DNA of 62,841 nt, counting the filler, from Reclinomonas americana ATCC 50394 (Eukaryota): the NCBI GenBank assembly GCA_048213135.1. It is 9 parts of 6 records of this genome, joined end to end, with 100 filler letters (N's around TTAATTAATTAA, not from the genome) between each part and the next. Parts side by side here need not be neighbours in the genome. Positions count along the whole stretch, not along the records: positions 1 to 12,323 come from PS015813.1; 8 more parts are not named here. One strand, given 5' to 3'. Position numbers and translations under genes: made by a program. Every line of letters starts with the position of its first letter. Positions within the stretch are counted from its first letter, which is position 1. This document shows, piece after piece, positions 1-11,674 of this stretch. Under the pieces are notes generated by a model that saw only the letters and a list, made by a program, of their open reading frames with translations, was not told where the DNA came from and did not search any database.

Positions 1-931
1 TGCAAACTCACCTGGCCATTAATATACATCTCGGCGTAGTCGACGATGCAGGCATTGTGCTCGAAATGCTGCATCGGGGCAGCGATCCACCGCCAGTCCC
101 CAGATGCATCTGATCTGCGGAACATGACAATGATGCGAGCAGCAGGTGCCGGCGCTGGGGCGTCGACCTCCATGGCTTGTTCGTACACAGCATGCGGCTG
201 CAACTCGGCCAGTGATTGGAACGGTGGCGGTGGTGGTGGTGGCGGTGGGGGTGCTTGTGGCTGTGCAGGCGCGAATGGGAGTGGCTGCGGTTGCGCCAAG
301 AAGAGTTCCATGTCGTCGGCGTCGCCAAACAAAAGCGGCCCGCCATCGCCTGCTGCTACCCACCCCGAAATCAAGTGTTGTTCTGCCGCAGCGGCAGCAG
401 GCGTCGGCGACGTGGGCGTGCTGTCGGAGGCTGCCTCTTCAACAGGCGGAGCTGCTGCAGTCACTGGAGCCGCCGGAAATGGGCCTTGCAGCTGCGACAG
501 CCGATGGACGGGATACATGGGGGGCATGACAGCAGCGGCCGACTTTGCTGGTGCGGCCAATACTGTGTGCGGGGGGAGGAGGAGGGAAAGAAGTGTCAGG
601 AATTGGTGGCGGCGATGATGGCGCACACACCTCAAAACGGAACCCGTCACGCACCTTCAGTTTGGTGTGGTGCGTAGGAGGGCGCAAAGGCTGAGTGGGG
701 CTGATGCCCGCTCCCCTCCGCAGGGGACGGGGAGAAGGACGGTGAGCCTCCGGCAAACATGTTATCTTTCTGCAACAATTGTGAATTCGAAGAGCACAAT
801 AGAAAAATAAGACAAGCGGCACAGCACAGCGTGTAGCGTACCTCTAGATGGGGGGGCTGATGCAAACAAGAACAGGCTACTGTTGTCCGCGGATAACTCG
901 TGGCGTCTAAGTTAAGGTCGTCAGCATGCAT
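1..931 (-). CDS. Hypothetical Pro/Ala-rich protein, multi-exon, runs off window start
   Basis: GT-AG introns join MHADDLNLD...HLE|KDNMFAGGSP...QTE|VLAAPAKSAAAVMPPMYP...RIIVMFRRSDASGDWRWIAAPMQHFEHNACIVDYAEMYINGQ, followed by a GTGAG donor near position 11. Start codon uncertain. Confidence 0.5.
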
Positions 932-1421
932 GCTGCGGTAATCGGACAAACAACCTCAAACAAAACCCGTGCATGACAACAGTGTGCGCGGCTCTGTCTA
1001 CACGACGGTGCATGTGCGTGTGTATGTGCGTGTGTGGGAGTGTCTCAATGTGGCCCCGCACCTTAAATAGAGCGGCAACACGACAGTCCGAGGTCGCGGG
1101 GCAAGGGAGAGAGAGAGAGATAGACAGAGAGAGACAGAGAGACCGAGAAGGAGAGAAAAGAGGAAGAGGGAGGAGCTAAAAGAGGATTAAGTAAGAGGAG
1201 CACGAGGTGCGGGTTGTGTGCTCTCACCAGCTTGCACGTTGAGAAAATGTGCTCGGGGACAATCGAAGTGCTGCATTCCAATCCGACGCCAGTCGGACGG
1301 CGGAACGCGATAAGACAGGGAACTGCTACACCAAGCTCACAGAGGATTCAAAAAAGGGCGCACACAAATGTACACTACGTGACTTAGAAAGAGAGAGGGA
1401 GAGTGGAGGGATTCGGCGTTG

Positions 1422-3549
1422 TTAGAACCATTGACCGCCTGCAGAAATCGAAACAGCTGTTCAGCGCTCTGTTGCATGCATGCAGGCATGCATGGACAAG
1501 ACAAGTACACGACGCACCCTTTTCGATTGTCGTAAAGCCACGAGACCGCATTCGCCGAGGAGCGGCAACATCCGGCGCCTGTCCACCCTTGATGGGAACC
1601 TGGCGCATATAATTAGCTCACTGGTGCAGCGAACATATCGGAGCAGTCGCCCGCAACTACAATCCTGCTTCGTGCCCGACTGCGACCTCCCGGTGCCACT
1701 ACACCTCCTGCACCACTGTGCGACCCGCCACCTGCATCGTCGCCGTCGTCGTCGCCACCGGAGGCAGTCAACGACGGCACCGATTCATCGTCGTCGCCGC
1801 CGCCGCCTCCGCCGCCGCCGCCGATGCCGCCGCCGCCAATGCCGCTGTCGGTACCATCGACACCGGAAGCCGCTGCGTCACCGGTCGGAAGCACCGGCGG
1901 AGTCCACGGTCCGACTCCGAACGGTCTTATGGCGTCTGGACGCGCGAACAGGCCATGGTTTGGCAGGCACGAAAAGTAGAACTTGCCTTGCACCGTGCCG
2001 TTGTTACGCCCGTCTGCAGCGATGGAAGGAGAGATGAGCGATGGAAGGAGAGATGGAGCGATGGAAGGAGAGGGGCAACAAAGAAGAGACACGTGAAATT
2101 GAACGGATGAGAGAAGAGACATAAGTTGAGAATGTGGAGTATAGTGAGGAGAGATGACGCGGCAGGCACGGCACGAAACTCTCGACAATGTGCAGCAAAG
2201 TGAACAGACAGTGAGGCGGTGACCACATGCGCTTGACAACGTGCAATAGAGAAGGGAGAGACGAGCAGCAGAGCACGAGACGCGTTGCATGAGAGGATAC
2301 AGTAAAGTGAGGAGAGATGAAAAACGAGTACGACATGATACACACGAGAGAAAGCAGTGAAGTGAAAAAAGCGCCGCACAGGTGAGATACGATGCGCTTG
2401 ACAACGTGCAATAGAGCGCAGGGACATGCGCAGCTGAGCGCGGGAATACGCGATGTATTTGAAACGAGCAGCCTGGCAAGGAGAGACGAGCAGCAGAGCA
2501 CGGGAAGACGCGATGCTTATGGGAGGTGCAGCACAGCGAAAGAACAGACCGGCAATCAAGAGACTCACAGCACTTGTGAGCTTGTGGCAAAGCGAGGGGA
2601 GATGAGCAGCAGGGAAACACGATGCTTCCACAGAGACGAGCAACAGAGCACAGAAAGAAACGATGCATCTGAAACGGGCAGCACAGCGAGGAGACGGCGC
2701 AACAGAAGCGAGACACAATACTCTTCAGGATGTGCACCAAAGCGACCCGCAATGAGACACTGCTCATGCAAGCTTGCAGCAGTGCAGAAAGAGCAAAGGG
2801 GAGCTCCAGAGTCAAGACGCGAGACATATTGCTCTCTCTCTCTCCCTTCCCCCTCCCTCCCTCTTCACTCACCCGGCGTATCCAGCTCCACACCAACCCA
2901 CAATCCATCGGAGAACGCCGTGGCGCCCGCATACCGCACCGTTCCCACCTGCTGCTTCACCAGAACGCGCGTGCCCACCGCCGGGAGCGACGCATCACTC
3001 GCTCCACTGGCCGACTCATCCGCAGCCGCCACATGAGACTGCACTGACGCAGCCACCAATGACGATGACAATGCTGACGACGATGATGATGATGACGATG
3101 ACGATGACGATGAGAGATGACTGAATGGAGTGAGCTGCTCCTTGATCTTGGCGAACTGGCCGCGCTCAGCCCATCGATAGCACTTGCCAAGGAGTGTCTC
3201 CAGCTCCTCAATGCGCCGGTCTTTAATGTCGAGTGCGTGTCGCAGCTGATAGACCTCTTCCAGGTGCTACGCACACACACGACTGAGTGCGTGAGTGCAG
3301 AAACAAGCGCGTTTACATAGTGCGCGACGAAACTGCTTGTGAGGGTTCTGTAGACGCGGCGGCGGCGGCGGCGGCGGCAGCGGAGGTGGCATCGAACACT
3401 GGCTGTGTGATGCTCTGCGAGCAAGCGAAATGTGTGTCATGACACAGTCTCTCTCTCACAGTCACTGACATGATGTGTACCTCCATTTCATGCGCGCGTG
3501 GAGGTGGCGGTGGCGGAGGTGGCGGTGTATCGTCGTAATCGTCTTCCAT
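1422..3549 (-). CDS. CAP-Gly domain protein with short N-terminal coiled coil (multi-exon)
   Basis: VGTRVLVKQQVGTVRYAGATAFSDGLWVGVELDTP|DGRNNGTVQGKFYFSCLPNHGLFARP is a clear CAP-Gly domain split by an ~860-nt intron (~2014-2872). Upstream exon reads HLEEVYQLRHALDIKDRRIEELETLL. The 3' end is inferred. Confidence 0.8.
2019..2072. repeat. Tandem repeat of GCGATGGAAGGAGAGAT(G)GA, three copies
   Basis: Visible directly, next to the acceptor of the long CAP-Gly intron. Confidence 0.9.
2090..2830. repeat. Degenerate ~55-60 bp minisatellite filling the CAP-Gly intron
   Basis: GAGACGAGCA(G/A)CAGAGCAC recurs at ~2257, 2483 and 2633. ATGCGCTTGACAACGTGCAATAGAG occurs at ~2227 and 2392. Confidence 0.7.
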
Positions 3550-5807
3550 TGAGTGAGAGAGAGCAAGTTTCGGCGGACAGATGCGGACAGTTCCACGCAA
3601 TGACTCATGCTGTTTCCCGCAATCAGCACGCGCGCATTTTGGTTTTCCCGCGCACTCAGTTGTCTTTTTGTGAGTTCCGTCGGAGGGCGCAGGAGAGCTT
3701 GCTCACTGGCTCTGTGTGAGGGTGAAAGCACGCGCGTGCTGGTGAGTGCGTGGCGGGTAAAGTCGGTTTGTTTGAAATGCACTCGCGCGCGCGAGTGAGT
3801 GAGTGTTGATTGCCTTCACTCATTGCTGAAAATGTCGACGATTCAGTTGGCATATACCTCACACACGTGTTGTCCAAACATGATGCAGCAGCAGCTGCCG
3901 CAGCCTGCCTTGGTGCGTGTGTGCACTCGTGTGCGCAGCGTGCGTGACAACAAACAGACTCCACTCACACTCTCTCTCCTGCTCAAATGTTCGGTTTGCC
4001 ATCACACTTGTGCTCCGTCTGCACTGGCCACGCCGCGCATGCACAGATGCACACCCGTGCACGACCAACTCACCATGACCACGCACAAGAGAGAGAGTGC
4101 AGACTCCCTCGCTCCCTCGCACTCACACAAACGCGCGATCGAATAAAAGTGCATGAGCAAACTGGCACGCGCTGCGCTCGTCTCTCTGCATCACATCACG
4201 TCACGCCACACACCACCGAGACACAACGCACACACACACGCGCGCGCACATTGTCTCATCGAAGCGAGTTTGCCGCGCGCGGGCAACTGCGGTTTGCCAT
4301 TTCACTTCCCCCCTTCTTCATTTTTCAATTGTGTGTTGTGCGCGGAGGCAAACCCTTTCCCTCCCACACACAAACCTCTTGCCTCTCTCTGTCTCTCTGT
4401 GCGCGCGTGCGTGATATACTCCGTTGCTGCGCGTGTGCGTGTGCCTCTTGCGTGTGTGCGAGTGCGTGAAGAAAAGTTCCGCACTCTCTCTCTCTCTCTC
4501 GCGTTTGTGTGTTTCTTCCGACGAGGTTGTTTGGCCCTCCGCGAGAGCGATAGACAATGGACGAGTGGGATAACGCACTGTGGACCTCAGGTGCGTTGGG
4601 GGGAAAGTGGGGAAACACACTTTGATGGCAAACCCGTTGTCGTGAAAGTGGCTTTGATGTCGCGGCATGTCTCTTGTTGCACACGCACGCGTTCTTTTCC
4701 TCTTTTGCTCATCACATGTGCGTGTGTGTGCGTGTGTGTGTATGCGAGCAGAGGACCAGTTCTGGAGTGCGGCCGACAGCTCAAGTGTGTTTGAGTTGCG
4801 TGCAACCTCACTTGCCACTCACACTTTGATCGACTCTTTTTTGTTGCTCACCACTCGTGTTCCCGCAGTCTCGGCTTTGAGTCTGCCAGCGGTGAGAGCG
4901 CGCGCGTGTGTGTCTCTCTCTCTGTGACGCGTGCCGATCACAGCGACTGAAGTCTCTCTCTGTGCTGTCTCCTGTATGTGAATGCAACGCAGATGCTTTC
5001 TTCAGCTCTGACGACCCCACGATGTCCGACTCGAGGAGTTTCGTGACTGCAGCCTCACTCATGCACACGCACGCACACGCACACACGACACACACGTGCA
5101 TGTGGGTGAAAGAGGGCGTGCGTTGGTGACGGAGGAGATGACAAGAACTACACAAGCACGCGCGTGTGTCACCCTCTTTTTCTTGTTGTGCACTGCGCTG
5201 TGTGCGGTCCACTGTGTTGTGTGGGTGTGCACATCGTCTTGCAGATATATGTGTGTGCGTGTGGAGTTGGGTTGTTGTTGTGCATTTTGCGTGCTGGTGC
5301 TCGCTGTGCGCGGATATGTTTATTCTTTGGTGCTCCGACGCGGTGTTGCCTGACGCCCGTGGTAGCACTAGCAGCACCACCGCCACCGTTGTGCATGCGC
5401 ACTGTGTTTTCACCCTCAATTCGCATGCTGTTAGTTGCCAATGATTGTGTCCGTGTTTTCGCGTGTAGTTTCTGTGTAGACGTGTGTGGGTGGGTGGGTG
5501 GTGGGCGCCGACTCACACATGATGTGTGGCTGTGTGGCGCCCGTGGCGTTTGCACCGTTGCACTCACCTGCCGCGCTTTTCGGCAGTGATTCTTCCTTTC
5601 ATTCACATCATTGCCTGTCTTGGGCATGGGACCGCCGCGTGCAATTGAGTCTCGCACTGATGATTTTTTTTGATTGGCCGCCTCTTCTGTGCACATTTTT
5701 TCACCCGCACATTCTCCTCTTGCATGCACCCTCCCCCGTTGCTGTCAGTTTATTGGGGGATGATTGTTTGCTAAATTTCTCGTCTCCCCCGCACAGCTCT
5801 GTCGTCG

Positions 5808-6989
5808 ATGCCTCCAAACACGCACGACAGCCTCTTCATGCACTACACGGGCGCCAGCTCGGTAGGGGGCTTTGGGGGCTCGTTTGTGGCACCGGGTGGC
5901 GTGTCGACGGTGTCCGTCGCCGAGCCGCATCCGTTCCGAGACGTGGCAACTGAGTTCCTCGCCAAGCACTGCTCGGCGGTGCAATTGTCGACACTGATCG
6001 AGTCGGCAGCGACGATCAGCACCATTGTTGTCTCGCAGCGACAGAACCCGCAATCACGCCAGCACCACCGCTACGCCAAGTCACCACAGTTGACGTGGCC
6101 CGGCAATCTGTCGTTGAGGCCACATGCCAAGTGCGAGCCGGAGATTGTTGCGTTCCATTTGCTCCGGCCCCCGCCGCAGAGAGTGACAAGGTTGACTGAC
6201 TCTGTGTTGCAATGCAGGACCTGGACGCGGAGGCCGCGGCGGAGGCAGTCAAGTTGGCGGCGTCAATGTTCCGCTCGCAGCTCGACACCGCCGACAGTCG
6301 CCAGACCGACGCCTTTACGCGATCGGCGCTGGCGCAGTCGAGCGGTCCGCTGCTGTCGGCACCAGTTACACTGGCGTCGGGCCGTGTCCGCATGGAGACC
6401 GACGACGACGAGGCGCTCGCGGGTGCCGCCGCCGCCGTCACCGCCGCTGCAACAGCGGCGGCTGCTGCTGCTGCGGCGGCGGCTTCGGCTGCTGCGACTG
6501 CTGGTGAGGCCAGCAGTCCTGGCGGCAGGAAACCTCAGTATCGCGCGAGGAGAAGGTCGACAGGCAACGTGGTCGTGCCTGCCGTGCACATGGCAGCCGC
6601 CGTGTTGGCACAGTCTTTGCCACCACCGCCACCGCCACCACCACCGGCAATAACCGAGACTGCGCCGTTGGGAGCGATAACAAGAAAGGTGACCTCTTGT
6701 TCCCCTCCTGCTCCTCCCCCCCTCACTTTTGCCGCACCTGCTTACTGTGTGTGTGTGTGCGTGTCTGACAGGCTGAGCGGCGGAAGGCAGAATGTGACGT
6801 GGAGTCGCTGCATGCGGAAACACTGGCGTCGGCGTCATCGTCAACGCTGGAAGCCTCCTCTGTTGTACTAGGTGACGTCAGTTTGATGTTTTCTGTCGCC
6901 GTAATTGTGCACGGCTGACCGTTGCTTCCCTCCCCTTCTTTGTCTCTCTCGCAGACGGCTGCATTAGTATTCGACTGCACTCGTGTTGA
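5808..6989 (+). CDS. Hypothetical Ala/Pro-rich protein (multi-exon; start and end uncertain)
   Basis: The exon ending ...HAKCEPEI joins DLDAEAAAEAVKLAASMFRSQLD in frame across intron 6147-6217. Further GT-AG introns follow. No recognisable family. Confidence 0.5.
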
Positions 6990-8098
6990 CAGGCGACACA
7001 CATATAATTGTTAACTAGGCTTATGTATTCCTCTCTATGTTCTTTGTTCTCCTCTCTTGCTTCCTTTCTCGCTTTTTTGTTTTGTTTTGTTCTGCTGCGT
7101 GTCGCCGTGTGCGTGTGTGCGTTTAGTGACGAGGGCGCGCGAGTGGTGGATTTATAGTCCTCCTCGTGCGCTTGTGTGTGCGGGTGTGTGTTTGTGCTCC
7201 TCCGTCCGTGCTCTTGCCACGCGTGACACGGCGCCGTGCACGAAGGTGACGGCGTGCGTGTCTCGCGAGGGCTGCAGATCAGTGTCGCCACCGAAATCGC
7301 CGCCGCCCAACCGCCCAGAGGGTGATGGACGCCCTCTGGTGAGCGTGTGTGATGGGCGTGTGTGCGTGTGTGCGTGCGTGTATTGTGTCTGCATCCGAGC
7401 ACGGCGAGATCACGAGTCTCGCACACACTTTTCTCCCCGTCGTCTTCTTGTGCTGCATATGAGGCGCGTCAATCTGTATGGCTGTCGGTGTGGCTGTGTG
7501 GGTACATGTGTCGTCTGTTGTGGGTGCCGCCGTGCAGAGGCGTGTGCCACCAGATGGCAGTGTGTGTGGGTATGTGGGTGGGTCAGAAAAATGAATATGG
7601 CAAGCAATAAACACATTTATAGTGTGTACGCGTGGCTAGCAACGAGGTCTGGGGCCACACTGCACGTCTTGCGCGGCCTGTGGCCTGTGGCCGACCTGCT
7701 GTCGGATTTGGTTGACAAATTTCCGATGTGTTGATGATCGCCGCCGCGGGAGAGAATTATTGCCTCTGCTGTGCTGTCGTCCACGCAGTGGTACACGATG
7801 GGTCGGAGGCGGAGGCTGCCACGTTTTCGCGGCAGCACTTCATCAGTTGCTGCACTTGGCTGTCGCACCGCGTCGAGTCATATGAGCTTTTTTGCGAGCG
7901 CGTGTGAGAGAAAAGCTGCCCGACTTTATGTGAGCTCACACGCACAGGGTACGCACTTGCGCGCCAGGCACTCCTGTATGGCACAGGCGTATCGCTTGCA
8001 TGGCTCACTCATATCGACTGCAGCTGCCAGCAAGCTCGCAATTTCGTAACGGTCAGCGCGTCGTTTTTCCCAATTGCACTGTTTGACGAGCGAAGATC

Positions 8099-8362
8099 AT
8101 GGAAGTAGACGACTCGATGCTGTCGCTTGACGACACAACGCAGATGATTGGCGACGCTGAGAGGTGCGTATATCGGTGGAGAGACAGTGTGTGTGTGCGT
8201 GCGTGCGTGGTGCTCATCTTTCACGCACACACACACAGGACGATTGACACGGCGACCTCGGATGGTGGTCTTGGCTTTGAGCAGATGATCAAGTCGCTGG
8301 ACGACGAGACCGACTATGAAGACAAGCTTCAATACCTCGAGGCGCGTTGCTCTCTTGCTCAT

Positions 8363-8400
<38 letters not shown>

Positions 8401-10060
8401 TTCTCATTTCTCATCACCTCGCATCATCACACACAGTCAGTTCTGTCGCTCTCCAAGTTTGAGTTCCTCGGCCTGGAGACCAAGAAGCTGTTCCTTCGTG
8501 AGCTGTGCAAGAACTGCTCGTTCGAGTCGTTGAAGAAGCTGTTGCAGTCCAAGCCGTTTGCCGACATTAGGTTGGTCGTACGCACTCGCGCGGTGAGTGA
8601 GTAAGTTGTGATCTTAACAGCAGTCGTGCGCAGCAACCAAATCACGCGAGCGAAGCGCGAGTCCAAGGAGGCCCGCAAGAAGACCAAGAAGATGCAGGAC
8701 AAGATCGCCTCTCTGGCCAGCGAGGTGGAGGCGGCGTTCGCGGCCTACAATGCTGTTGCGTCGACAGGGAAGGGGGAAGCTCGAAAGGAAGGCTTCTGTC
8801 TGCTCACAGCGCGCGTCGTGGGGCTGGTGGCACAGAACAAGCAGCGTGCGCTCGACCTCGCCCGCACTGTGCGAGCACAGGAGCAGAGTCTGATGAACCA
8901 GGCCAGCGTGGGAAAGGCGTCGTCGACGCAGGAGAAGGCACTCGAGCAGCGCGCCGAGCAGCAGGCCGCCGAGTTGCGCGACATTGAGAATGCGTGCGTC
9001 ACACAGCAGCGCAATGTCGATCGCCAGCATGCGCGAGCGCAGCAGTCGGCGTCGCGTGTTGCTCAGCTGGAGGAGCGCATCCGAGGTGCGACAGAACCAC
9101 ATGCCCTTTACCTCACATCTCCTCAGCTCTCACGTGCAGTCGTGTTTATTTCGTCTTCCAGCCCTGCAGCGTGAGCAAGAGGCCGAGTTGGCAGCCGAGG
9201 CCGCCAGCGCACAATCCATGGACGTTTGCGATGCCGACCAAGCGTCATCGTCATCACCAGCGCTGCCACCACCACCACCGCCACCACCGGCACCGGCGTC
9301 AAGTGACATTGACACACCGCAGAGGTGCACCAGCACACATGCATTTCCTTTTTACCTTCCTGTGCGCTCACCATTCTTCGTGCGGCAGGGCTCGCGAGTT
9401 GATCGACCTCATGTCGGCTGTGAGCGGCGTCGGCGTACAGCGCATTCTGCCCGACGGACAAGGTGCCGAATTCGTGATTGCACTGCCACTGGCCGACCAG
9501 CCCACCTTTGTGGTGCTCATCGACACGTACGAGGGACGCATGGCCGGGTACCAGATATTGGAGTCACCGCCGTCGTTCACCTCCACGATCTGGATGGAAG
9601 ACGTGCTGCCGAAGTGCATCAGCAACAACCAGTGGGACCTGTTCCTGCGCGAGTTCCGATTCCGCGCCTACAATGCCCTCATGCGCGTCGACGAATTCCA
9701 GGCGCTCTCCAGCAAGTTGCGCTGCTCATGCGTTCCCAGGGTCACAGCCGGCGTATACTCACTGGACCTCCACGCAGGTATGCCATCACCAAGCTGCCGG
9801 GCTCGACGCTGTTGGCCACCGGCGGTGGCGAGTGGGAGCAGTGGGAGTTTGCCACCGATTCGTGCGCCGTGCTGATCGCCATCTCGCACGACTACCCACA
9901 ACCGTTCGGCGAGGTCCTCAAGCTCATCAACGTGTCAGGCGTACCGATTGCCGACATGGCCTCGCTCAAGGCCGACGTGGCACAAGTCGGCTCGCACGTA
10001 TCGCTCGACGCTTTCCTCGACGTCTGCATGGAGAAGATCGCGGCTCATGCCCGATCGTGA
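8099..10060 (+). CDS. Probable Zwint-1/Sos7/Kre28-family outer kinetochore protein with coiled coil and tandem RWD-like C-terminus
   Basis: About 8 exons. LSLSKFEFLGLETKKLFLREL resembles the Sos7 motif (LFSKLRFSYLEQxTKExFLR). A long coiled coil follows, then two alpha/beta blocks with the RWD-like ISHDYPQP turn. Confidence 0.6.
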
Positions 10061-10203
10061 AACAATGCTTGGTTTTTTGCAAGAGAGAGTGTGTGTATGT
10101 GTGTCCGTCGTTGTACTGCCACTGATCGGCAATGCCGCCAGTGTGTGTGCCAGTGTACATAGAATGTGCGTCGGGTCCTGTGAATTCGTTCCCCAACAAC
10201 GAG

Positions 10204-11516
10204 ATGCAATCAAGCGACGGCGATACCGCAGGTCTCTCCGAGTACGAGAGACAACGTCGTGAGCGCATCCAGAAGAACCGCCAGCTGCTGGCCTCACTGG
10301 AGGTGCCGCAAGTGCGCATTGGCAAAGTCAGCACAGGTGCGCGCGCGCGCGCGCAAACACTCACTCTCTATCACTCTGTTGTGCATCGACTGACACGCAC
10401 ACACACATGCACACAGCGGGTCGTCTCGTGGGCATGGTGCTGCCTGGAGACAGCAGCTCCACTGCAGACGAGTCAGCATCAGAGACAGCGAGCAGAGCAG
10501 CAACAACATCATCGACAACAACACCAGTCAAGAAGAAGCCAGTGGGGCGACCGCGGAAAGGCACGCCAGCGGCCTTGCACGCGAGAGCAACGCACAGCAA
10601 CGACCCGCGCTTCTCACTGCCACGCAAGAGCAGTCGGCGAGTGCGTGGCGAGGCACCAGAGTTTGTTGCGTGCACGCATGACTCTCTCTCTCTCTCTCTG
10701 TCTCTCTTTGTGCTCACGCCCGACCGCCAGCAATTCGCTGACAGTGCGCTGGACACTGCGGAGAAGATGATGCGCTCGGGCAGTGTCGGCGACGCGGCAC
10801 AGTTGCTGGAGGAAGCGGCGCGACGAGGAGGCGCGTCGGATTTGGTGGCTTCCGAGCTGGTTCTGGCGGCAATGACACAGGCCGGTGCGCAGCGCGATGT
10901 GGGTCACACCTCGGCGAGTCCGCACGTGCAGGTGTTTATGGGACAGCCGCTGCCGCTGCCGTACACGGCCAAGAGCTGTCGTACGCGCGTGTTTGACTTG
11001 GGCAAGATCTATCGGGGACCGAATGCGGAGAGGTACATGAGCAACTCGCAGTGTCGCTTCTTGCATCCGTATCCGGTCGGCTATCGCGCGGAGAAGGAGC
11101 AGTTTGGTGTCATGTGGAAGATGCGTATCGATGAGGGCGACGAGGGACCGCTGTTTCATGTTGCGTGTGCTTGCTGGGCAGTGGCGGATTGCAGGATTCA
11201 TGACCGGGTTGTTGTTTTGTTGCAGGTGTGGTGCGATGCGATCGGGCAGGCGTTTGTCGGTCGCACACCGACACATCCGTGGACGATGGCGTGCATCAAC
11301 TCGCGCACGCCGCAAGTGCGTGCGTCGGGACCGTTCTTCTTTGGCTTCTCGGATCCGAGAGTGATTGCCGCCATTTACGACATGGATCTGGCGACTGGCG
11401 GCGCCGGAGTCGATTCATACGTGCCACACAATGTGCGCACCGAAGGCAATGCCGACGGTGGCAAGGTGGCGGAGCACCAGGAGGAGGAGGACGACGACGA
11501 CGGTGATGGAAAATAA
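10204..11516 (+). CDS. AT-hook + FYRN/FYRC chromatin protein
   Basis: LSEYERQRRERIQKNRQLLASL helix; AT-hook KKPVGRPRKG; FYRN (VFDLGKI...PYPVGYRAEK...RIDEGDEGPLF); FYRC (TPTHPW...SGPFFFGFSDPRVIAAI). Three introns. Confidence 0.8.
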
Positions 11517-11674
11517 CGCGCGTGCGGCAATGTCAATTAAACAGAAGCACGCACGCAGACACGCAGACCACCAGGCGCACAGACAACCCCGTCTTACTGT
11601 ATTCCATCCACCACGCAAAACGACACGACGACAGCAAACACACACACACACATACATATTCGATGCCGGTCGCC

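Noticed and set aside
2090..2830. CRISPR-like repeat-spacer array
   Set aside because: Units are degenerate along their whole length, lie in a eukaryotic intron, and there are no cas genes
3117..3320. Protein-like Leu-rich ORF on the + strand
   Set aside because: Antisense shadow of the coiled-coil exon of the CAP-Gly gene
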